Assembly: GCA_937936355.1 (NCBI GenBank)
Contig: CALDDM010000008.1
Location: 19,454-83,453, forward strand
DNA from: Minisyncoccota bacterium
GTDB taxonomy: Bacteria; Patescibacteriota; Minisyncoccia; Moranbacterales; GCA-2747515
Direction: 5' to 3'
DNA: 64,000 bases
Shown here one piece after another: positions 9,386 through 16,722 of this stretch. Under the pieces are notes generated by a model. That model did no database searches. It saw nothing but the letters and a program-made list of their open reading frames with translations, and was not told the DNA's origin. Position 1 is the first letter of the stretch. Each line of letters opens with the position of its first letter. The translations under genes and the position numbers were made by a program.

Positions 9386-10777
9386 TTACACGTTGTGGAC
9401 GTGGTAAATATCGCCAGCTCCAAGTGATATAAAAATATCATCCTCAGTAAGTTCCTGGGTGATGTGCATTTTGAGCGCATCCGTGTCCGGGATGTGGCAG
9501 GCCTTGCTGCTCACGCCTTGATTTATAGCATCGACAAGGCTTTGCGCTGATACCGGTGCATAATCCTCCCGCCTCTCTCTATCCACAGCATAAATATCAA
9601 GTACTATAACTTCATCTGCCATATCAAGAGCTCGAGCAAATTCCTCAAGAAGGGTTGCCGTACGTGAATGGGAGTGCGGATGAAATGCCACGATAACTTT
9701 ACGATCAGGATACACTTCCCTCACGGTTGCAAGTGTTGTACGAATTTCTTCAGGATGATGTGCATAGTCATCAATCATGACAGCGCCATTGAGGGATAGG
9801 TGACGCTCAAAACGACGCGCGACACCTTGGTATGAGGCCAAACCAGCGGCGCTTTGGTCTACCCCTTCTTCCCCTGCAGACGCTTTTCCCCCACCAACGA
9901 TCTCCCTGCTCATCGTCCAAGCTGCAATTGCATTGTATGCATTATGTCTCCCCGGCAAGTGCGTCGCAATAGCATAAACATTATCGCCATCTTTTTTGCA
10001 AAGCACATCAATTTCTTGTGTACCATCGGCAACATACGAACGATCAAGTAACTGCACATCTGCATCCACATGATCGCCATATGTCAGTACTGTACATGGT
10101 AACGTGACGTTATCATCAACAAGAATCTGCCAGGCATCATGCGCTACAACCAACACACCAATACGTGGAATTCTTTCGACAAAGTCTACAAATGCTTTTT
10201 TGTACTGGGAAAAATCAGCAAAGAAGTCTGGATGATCAAAATCAACACTCGTCAAAATAACTGCCTGCGGATGATAGTATTGTAATTTATTCTGATATTC
10301 ATCAGCCTCAAAAACAAACTCTCTACCAGCGCCAAAACGACTACCACCATCCCAACCAATAACTGGTGCGCCAATCAATGCATTAATATCACGCCCACCC
10401 CCCAGCAAGGCATGTGCAAGCATGCCAGTGGTCGTTGTCTTTCCATGTGTGCCACAAACTGCAACACTATAGTACTCACCAGTGATCTGACCGAGCGCCT
10501 CAGGATATGTTAGAACTTTCACATTCCTACGAAGGGCCTCTGCAATTTCGACATTTTCTTGATTGTAAGCAGTTGAATGAACAATGAAATCTTCGTTTCC
10601 AATGATATGTGACGGATCAAATTTCTCATGCACTGTAATATCATGCGCTGCGAGCGAATTACGATAGAAGCCATCTCCTTCATCTGAGCCAGAAACACTA
10701 TAGCCACGAGCCTTATAAAGCCGCGCAAGCGCTGATGTCCCTGCCCCCTCAATACCGACAATATAAATTTTCTCCAT
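9386..10777 (-). CDS. murC: UDP-N-acetylmuramate--L-alanine ligase
   Basis: 463-aa ORF. N-terminus reads IYIVGIEGAGTSALARLYKARGYSVSGSD, and the Mur ligase P-loop is GTHGKTTTT. Confidence 0.95.
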   Translation of the reverse strand: MEKIYIVGIEGAGTSALARLYKARGYSVSGSDEGDGFYRNSLAAHDITVHEKFDPSHIIGNEDFIVHSTAYNQENVEIAEALRRNVKVLTYPEALGQITGEYYSVAVCGTHGKTTTTGMLAHALLGGGRDINALIGAPVIGWDGGSRFGAGREFVFEADEYQNKLQYYHPQAVILTSVDFDHPDFFADFSQYKKAFVDFVERIPRIGVLVVAHDAWQILVDDNVTLPCTVLTYGDHVDADVQLLDRSYVADGTQEIDVLCKKDGDNVYAIATHLPGRHNAYNAIAAWTMSREIVGGGKASAGEEGVDQSAAGLASYQGVARRFERHLSLNGAVMIDDYAHHPEEIRTTLATVREVYPDRKVIVAFHPHSHSRTATLLEEFARALDMADEVIVLDIYAVDRERREDYAPVSAQSLVDAINQGVSSKACHIPDTDALKMHITQELTEDDIFISLGAGDIYHVHNV

Positions 10778-10828
10778 AATACCTGCTTCATCTTATGCTG
10801 TCTAATTGACTTTTTCCACCGACTAGAT

Positions 10829-11941
10829 TTATCGCAACATTTGCAATATGCCAGCCACAATTTTTTCCGGAGCATCTGGGAAATCAAATCGACGTACATT
10901 ACTCGAGAATTGCTCTCGCATATCTGCACTCGCAAGAACTGTCGCAATTTTTTCGCGTAAGATGTGTTCACCAATATTATCCTCATCAAGCACAAGTGCT
11001 GCGCCAGCCTTGCCAACAGTAAACGCATTCATACGCTGATGATCATTCGCCGAAGATGCATGTGGAATCAGAATACTTGGCAAACGATTTGCAGCAACCT
11101 CAGCAATCGTTCCACTACCTGGACGGCCGATCATGAGATCAGCAACCGCATAGGCATCAGCCATATCTTGCGCAGCGAGAAATGGCAAAGATGTGTAGCG
11201 AATTTTATTGATCTTTTCCTCATAAAGAGCAATCTGCTCCTGAACACGATCATACTCACCTTTTCCAGTTGCGTGAATGACATGTACTTGCTGAGAAAGT
11301 TGTGGCAAAACACGAACAATTGCATCATTGATTGCACGGGCACCCTGAGAACCTCCAGAGACGAGGATCACAGGCACATTTAAATCAATTCCCCAGTTAC
11401 TACGAGCCCTATCAGCATCACCCTCACGCATACTACGTCGAATAGGATTACCGGTAAGCACTGTTTTTTCTGCATGAAAGTATTGCTCTGCATCCGGAAA
11501 TGCAATTGCAACATTACGCGAAAACTTCCCACACACACGATTCGCCCAACCTGGAATCACGTCACTCTCATGCGTGAGAACTGGTATTCTATAGATCCAC
11601 GCAGCAATCACAACTGGTACTGCCCCGTAACCACCCTTAGAAAAAACAGCATCTGGCATATACCACAAAAGAATAAAAAGAGACTGCGCTATGCCACACG
11701 GTATACGCAAAAAATCTATAAAATACTGCCACGAAAAATAGCGTCGCATCTTGCCGGTGAGAATATTCTTAACAGGAATATCATGCTTGGCCATCGCCTC
11801 ATCTGCGAGTTCGTGCATTTGTGATCGTGTTCCTATATAGAGCAAATCAACATCACTGACCTGAGTACGCAATTCCTGCGCTACCGCAACGAGTGGGTAA
11901 ATATGACCCCCACTACCACCTCCTGTTAGTACAATTTTCAT
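10829..11941 (-). CDS. murG: undecaprenyldiphospho-muramoylpentapeptide beta-N-acetylglucosaminyltransferase
   Basis: 370-aa ORF with N-terminus MKIVLTGGGSGGHIYPLVAVAQEL and a C-terminal GT28 domain. An extended -10 (TGCTATAAT, minus strand, 11980-11988) lies upstream. Confidence 0.95.
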   Translation of the reverse strand: MKIVLTGGGSGGHIYPLVAVAQELRTQVSDVDLLYIGTRSQMHELADEAMAKHDIPVKNILTGKMRRYFSWQYFIDFLRIPCGIAQSLFILLWYMPDAVFSKGGYGAVPVVIAAWIYRIPVLTHESDVIPGWANRVCGKFSRNVAIAFPDAEQYFHAEKTVLTGNPIRRSMREGDADRARSNWGIDLNVPVILVSGGSQGARAINDAIVRVLPQLSQQVHVIHATGKGEYDRVQEQIALYEEKINKIRYTSLPFLAAQDMADAYAVADLMIGRPGSGTIAEVAANRLPSILIPHASSANDHQRMNAFTVGKAGAALVLDEDNIGEHILREKIATVLASADMREQFSSNVRRFDFPDAPEKIVAGILQMLR

Positions 11942-12062
11942 AATATGTCATTTTTGATCTTTTCCTACTGTATGTTGATATTATAGCAAAGTATCTGCTA
12001 GCAAAATATCAAATCGCACGCACACATAATCATCGAAGTATGGTATTTTCACAGATAAAAAT

Positions 12063-12860
12063 CTAGACATCCGTGAGGGTCTGACGCAAACGCTCACCAC
12101 ACACAATAGCGCAAGCACTTGCCACATTGAGGCTTTCAAATTTGCCCCGCAAAGGTATAGTAATGTGTTGATTGCTACACTGCTGTAGCTCATGTGTGAC
12201 TCCCACACCCTCATTACCCATAATAAGCATTGTATCACCTGTAAGAGTAGTCTCGTATAATGATTGTGCAGTATCATTCAAAACTGTCACGACTACACTA
12301 CCATCGAAACTTTGTGCTGCCTGCTCTAAATGCACATCATTATAGATCACTGCAGAAAAATGGGCACCTTGACTCGCACGCAATACACGCGGGCCCCACA
12401 CATCAGCGCAACCCTTACTCAGAATTACTGCATCAACACCAAGTGATACGCCAGTACGAATCATCGCACCGATATTCACAGGATCTTGAATATCCTCAAG
12501 CGCAAGGATAAATCCCTCATGCGGGACCTCCATGGCATTTGCAGGTCGTTTAAAGACCGCCAAGATGCCCTGCGGTGAAACTGTTGCTGCCATTCTACGC
12601 ATCACGCTAGGTGGTACCACTCCACCCAATCGATCATCCAAATTTTGAGCGATATCAGAGACCTCAAATTGCGAAAGGGCTTCTTCTGTAACAAAAAAAC
12701 TCATCAAACACTCGGCGCCCAACTCATGAATCGCCTCCTGTACAAGATGTACACCATCCAAAATAATCACATCATCCTTGCGTCGCGCTTTGGCATGTGT
12801 ACTATAGCGAGTTGCCTGACGCACTCTGCCAGATTTTTCCGATAGATACTCTAAATTCAT
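12063..12860 (-). CDS. TrmH/SpoU family RNA 2'-O-methyltransferase
   Basis: 265-aa ORF with SpoU motifs DPVNIGAMIRT and MGNEGVGV...IPLRGKFESLNVASA. Confidence 0.85.
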   Translation of the reverse strand: MNLEYLSEKSGRVRQATRYSTHAKARRKDDVIILDGVHLVQEAIHELGAECLMSFFVTEEALSQFEVSDIAQNLDDRLGGVVPPSVMRRMAATVSPQGILAVFKRPANAMEVPHEGFILALEDIQDPVNIGAMIRTGVSLGVDAVILSKGCADVWGPRVLRASQGAHFSAVIYNDVHLEQAAQSFDGSVVVTVLNDTAQSLYETTLTGDTMLIMGNEGVGVTHELQQCSNQHITIPLRGKFESLNVASACAIVCGERLRQTLTDV

Positions 12861-12889
12861 GACATGCAGTTATATAATTGCTCTAATCT

Positions 12890-13726
12890 TCATCTCTTTT
12901 GCGAAGCAAGCCACGTCACATTCTCCAAAAGACATGCAATTGTCACTGGACCAACACCTCCTGGCACAGGAGAAATCCAACCTGTAAATTCTGTAGCATC
13001 ATCAACCACAACATCCCCCACAACTTTCCCACTGGCATCATGAGCAATACCACCATCAACGACGATCGCATCTTTTTTGAGATCTGCAAGATTGATGAGA
13101 CCTGCAGTCCCACACGCACTAAATACTACATCAGCAGAAGCAATCACTTTGTGCATATCACTCACCTGATCACATCCAACGCGGTGAATCGTCATGCCAA
13201 CACGTGTTGCACAGGCAACCATCGCCTTCGTAAAAAGATCTGAACGTCCAACGATCACAGCCTGTAAGCCTGATAGGCCTTGATCAGATCCGAGTGCAGT
13301 CTCTATAAGAGCACTCGGAAAAACTGGCGCAAGCACCTTTTGAGCCTGCATATATGATTCAATATTCTGCGGATGAAATCCATCAGCATCTTTATCTGGC
13401 CCCATTGCATCTATGAGAGCATCTCGATCCAAATGATGCGGTAGTGGTAATTGAATGATCATGCCATCAATATCATCGTCATGACGCAAAAAAGAAACGC
13501 ACTCCAAAACCTCCTCCTGCGTTGCATCTTCACTCAAAAAATACTTATGAAAATCTATGCCAATCTTCTTCGCCTTCTTCTCCTTAAGTGTGATGTACAG
13601 ATCACTTGCAGGGTCACTACCCACCATCACAACCGCAAGTGCAGGAGGCCGCTCACAATCTGCAGCACGTGCTTTTGTAAGCTCATTTTTTTCATCTGCA
13701 ATCTTATTGCCATCTATTAATTTCAT
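12890..13726 (-). CDS. folD: bifunctional methylenetetrahydrofolate dehydrogenase/cyclohydrolase
   Basis: The ORF reads MKLIDGNKIA...PVPGGVGPVT. I chose the ATG at 13726, which has GGGAAG 8 nt upstream, over the GTG at 13732 used by the ORF track. Confidence 0.9.
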   Translation of the reverse strand: MKLIDGNKIADEKNELTKARAADCERPPALAVVMVGSDPASDLYITLKEKKAKKIGIDFHKYFLSEDATQEEVLECVSFLRHDDDIDGMIIQLPLPHHLDRDALIDAMGPDKDADGFHPQNIESYMQAQKVLAPVFPSALIETALGSDQGLSGLQAVIVGRSDLFTKAMVACATRVGMTIHRVGCDQVSDMHKVIASADVVFSACGTAGLINLADLKKDAIVVDGGIAHDASGKVVGDVVVDDATEFTGWISPVPGGVGPVTIACLLENVTWLASQKR

Positions 13727-13731
13727 ACACA

Positions 13732-14367
13732 CTACTTCCCTATAAAATCTCTTACTGCCAATAAACTTGATACGACAACATCACAATTTATATCCACCAC
13801 AACTGATCGACGTGATTCATGGTGCTGCAATAAAATCGTTGTAATAGGCAAATTCTGTTCTTTAAGGCTCGCAAAGCTTGAAGGCTTATCATCGATGAAA
13901 TAGTACGGCTGCCCATACTGTTGACTTGATACGATCTTCTGCAAAGCAAATCCCTTATCACGCTGTACTATAAAAACATCTGCAAAATACTTCGCCACAC
14001 CAGAATAATCTATCTTTTGCTGCTGATATATAGCATCACCAAATGTGAGAAGTATCTTATCATGATCTGCAAATGCGTCAAGAAATGCGATGGCATCTCC
14101 AAAAAGCATATCACACTCCCCAGAAAACAGCTGATCTAAATCTGCACGCAAATACTCACCATCACAATAATGCAGATCAGCGGCAATCTGTGCATAATTT
14201 TCATTGCTAACCAGCAAATCAGTCTGCACGCCCCTAAACGATAATCTTCCACATACCTCACGCCACTGCTCTGGCGTTATACCAAGGCGTTGTGCACACT
14301 GCAACTGTGCCTTTTGCAATATGCCACTATTAAAGAGCGTATAGTCAAAGTCACAGATAATAGTCAT
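13732..14367 (-). CDS. HAD superfamily hydrolase
   Basis: 211-aa ORF with N-terminal motif I (ICDFDYTLF) and a C-terminal YFIDDK motif. Confidence 0.75.
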   Translation of the reverse strand: MTIICDFDYTLFNSGILQKAQLQCAQRLGITPEQWREVCGRLSFRGVQTDLLVSNENYAQIAADLHYCDGEYLRADLDQLFSGECDMLFGDAIAFLDAFADHDKILLTFGDAIYQQQKIDYSGVAKYFADVFIVQRDKGFALQKIVSSQQYGQPYYFIDDKPSSFASLKEQNLPITTILLQHHESRRSVVVDINCDVVVSSLLAVRDFIGK

Positions 14368-14383
14368 GATCTCATGTTATTAT

Positions 14384-14498
14384 GATTTACGCACTCGAGG
14401 GCAGCTCAGAGTAAAGCCGAGACTTTTCACGAGCCGATTCCCTGTGGTGAGTGAAAAATGTAGTCTTTAACAACGAAATATGCCGTGTGCGTAAATTC
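14384..14498. other. about 115-nt element closed by a 10-11 bp inverted repeat (structured RNA or MITE-like candidate)
   Basis: GATTTACGCAC (14384-14394) is complementary to GTGCGTAAATT (14487-14497). The element lies in the yvcK-HAD spacer. Internal helices can be drawn on the minus strand, e.g. AGGG..GGCUC / GAGCU..CCCU. Confidence 0.4.
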
Positions 14499-14524
14499 TA
14501 GTTATATCAATACACGCCAAAATT

Positions 14525-15553
14525 CTAGACTATATCAAACGGATCACTCCCACCATAATCTATGAGGTACGCAACTGCAGCGCCAAGTTTCGCGCTATCA
14601 TGTCGTATAAAAGCGCGTGTTGCAGCCAAAGCATCTCCCTTTGAGAGATCATGTTTTTGCCTGCTGAGAAAATCACCAGCAAGAATACGATATGACCGTT
14701 CTTGTGCCATCTCTTGTTCATGCGGTATAACCAAAGAACCTTTGCCCTCAGCTGATTCATATTTTTCCAAAACACTCTCCTCTGGTGACATTGTATTGGC
14801 TATAACATAGTCCAACCGCCCCTCTCCAATATGCACTTCTAGCGATCGCACATAATTCCCTACACCAAATCCATCTGAATGCCCATGCTTGTTTGTCAGC
14901 GGTGATACCAAGATGCAAATGGCAGATGATGCCGCTATCGCATGAGCCACACCATCCACAAGAAGGTTTGGCGTGATACTGCCATAAAGATCTCCTGGAC
15001 CAATAATAATGTGATCAGCATCTTCGATAGCATGAATCGTTTCCTCATGCGCTTGGACAGAATCTGCAAGTGTAACATGATCAATCCCTATATCCCTCAC
15101 ATGAGGATGATCATCCAAATGTGTTTCGCCTTGAAGCACCGAACCATCACGCAAATGGATATTAAGTCGCATATCACCCTCACTAGATGGTAAAACACGT
15201 CCACGTACACGCAATATCCGAGCAGCTTCGTGCATCCCCTGTGAAAAACTACCATTCACCTTTTCTAAAGCACTGATCAGTAGATTGCCCATACTATGAC
15301 CCTTAAGCCCACCGTCTTCAAAACGGTAATTCATGAGTGTGCGTAACATGTTTGGCGCATCACTAAGTGCCACAAGACATTTCATCGCATCCCCTGGCGG
15401 CAACACTCCCAACTCATCTCGCAATCTCCCTGTCGATCCACCATTGTCAGCCATTGTAACAACTGCTGTAATATCATAAGGATAGTCTTTTAGACCTGAG
15501 AGAAGTGGTACCTGTCCCGTTCCGCCACCAATTGTAACAATCTTCTTTTTCAT
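14525..15553 (-). CDS. yvcK: YvcK/CofD-family gluconeogenesis-morphogenesis factor
   Basis: The start MKKKIVTIGGGTGQVPLLSGLK (ATG at 15553) matches the YvcK N-terminus. The 27 extra codons in the ORF track would overlap the upstream gene. Confidence 0.85.
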   Translation of the reverse strand: MKKKIVTIGGGTGQVPLLSGLKDYPYDITAVVTMADNGGSTGRLRDELGVLPPGDAMKCLVALSDAPNMLRTLMNYRFEDGGLKGHSMGNLLISALEKVNGSFSQGMHEAARILRVRGRVLPSSEGDMRLNIHLRDGSVLQGETHLDDHPHVRDIGIDHVTLADSVQAHEETIHAIEDADHIIIGPGDLYGSITPNLLVDGVAHAIAASSAICILVSPLTNKHGHSDGFGVGNYVRSLEVHIGEGRLDYVIANTMSPEESVLEKYESAEGKGSLVIPHEQEMAQERSYRILAGDFLSRQKHDLSKGDALAATRAFIRHDSAKLGAAVAYLIDYGGSDPFDIV

Positions 15554-15575
15554 GTAATTATATTCATTTCTCACC

Positions 15576-16289
15576 CTACAATACCAAAGCCTTCTGATCA
15601 TCAATAAAGTCATCGATAACCTCCTGCGCTGCATCTAATTGATCTACATCACCGATTGGAAACCACATATCAGTATGAACAACCTGCACCACAATCTCAG
15701 GATGAGCGGCAACAAGGGTCTGCGGTAAACCAAACTCATCACTACCTGGAGACTTCGCCACCGGCGGAAAATTAAAATATTCACTATCAAGAACGAATGT
15801 TCCCGTGCTTACAGGCCCCTCTGCATATGCATGAGGTTTTTCGATAATAGCACGGAGCGATCCATCGTCATAGGTTTCTACATAACCAAATTCTTGTGCC
15901 TGCTTCGTATGATATGCAAGCACAGCATACTCATGTTGCAACATCTGAGCAAGATCGTCCTTACGATAAAGGTCATCTCCATTCAAGACAAGAAATCGCT
16001 GACCATCAAGAAGCGGTGCGGCTTGCCGCAGGGCATGCTCGGTGCCGTGCAAGTCTATTTGCTCGACATATGTTATTGCGCGACCCTCATACACATCACC
16101 AAAATATGCACGTATGCGTTCTTGCAAGTATCCAACAACAAGCACAACCTCATCGACAGCTTCTGGCAGCGTCTCGATTGTATAAGCAAGTTTTGGCCGA
16201 CCTTTTATCGGCAACATCGGCTTAGGGCAATCAGCACACAAATCCCCCATCCTTGTACCTCTGCCAGCCGCTAAGATTACGCACTTCAT
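15576..16289 (-). CDS. sugar-phosphate nucleotidyltransferase
   Basis: 237-aa ORF with the N-terminal NTP-transferase signature MKCVILAAGRGTRMG. Confidence 0.8.
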   Translation of the reverse strand: MKCVILAAGRGTRMGDLCADCPKPMLPIKGRPKLAYTIETLPEAVDEVVLVVGYLQERIRAYFGDVYEGRAITYVEQIDLHGTEHALRQAAPLLDGQRFLVLNGDDLYRKDDLAQMLQHEYAVLAYHTKQAQEFGYVETYDDGSLRAIIEKPHAYAEGPVSTGTFVLDSEYFNFPPVAKSPGSDEFGLPQTLVAAHPEIVVQVVHTDMWFPIGDVDQLDAAQEVIDDFIDDQKALVL

Positions 16290-16432
16290 AACTCTGTATA
16301 TTTAAAAATGATTACTGTAGCTGCTATTGAATTCACTTCACTGACCGATACTCCCATTCCAATCTTACTTCCATGTTCATGCTTGTGGATAAGTAGCACA
16401 CACACACCTACACAAAAAAATATTTATTATGT

Positions 16433-16645
16433 ATGATGACCTTGTATCAAAAAATAAATAAAATTATGAGTCCCTACGACCTTCAAGAAAAAGAATACGT
16501 TCTCACAGAGGATCACGAAGAAGAACTCCATGAACTCTTCCCTTTTATCCCCGACATCGTAGAGCGTGCCAAACGAGATTCTTATATCGTCGAACTCTTA
16601 GAAGAACATGACACTGATGCACTCGTGCAATATCTCGAAAGCTAA
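16433..16645 (+). CDS. small acidic hypothetical protein
   Basis: 70-aa ORF on the minority strand, followed by a hairpin at 16668-16689. I recognised no motif. Confidence 0.45.
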   Translation: MMTLYQKINKIMSPYDLQEKEYVLTEDHEEELHELFPFIPDIVERAKRDSYIVELLEEHDTDALVQYLES

Positions 16646-16667
16646 GTTGAAAAAAGCACTGAACATA

Positions 16668-16689
16668 AATCCCGTTTACCGGGATTTTT
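16668..16689. terminator. bidirectional hairpin between convergent genes
   Basis: AATCCCG-TTTAC-CGGGATT forms a 7-bp stem followed by TTTTA on the plus strand. It sits between the 70-aa ORF and the leuS stop. Confidence 0.55.
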
Positions 16690-16722
16690 ATATTACATCA
16701 AAGCACGAGAATCTTTCACATA

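Noticed and set aside
10519-11028. 169-aa minus-strand ORF bridging the murC-murG junction
   Set aside because: It is out of frame with both well-supported genes and spans their intergenic gap. I saw no independent signals.
14384-14498. ZTP (pfl) or THF riboswitch upstream of the folD operon
   Set aside because: The idea is attractive because folD is a known ZTP-regulon member. Neither strand, however, contains the conserved GGGUCGUGACUGGCG / CCGCCUGGGC (ZTP) or the THF core sequences as I recall them. The element is kept only as an unclassified structured element.
15554-15634. 27-codon 5' extension of the yvcK ORF. Similar extensions occur for atpC (to 23296), the ArsC-like gene (to 59941) and the lipoprotein (to 58432).
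   Set aside because: The extensions overlap the 3' ends of the upstream genes. The internal ATGs give family-typical N-termini or signal peptides.
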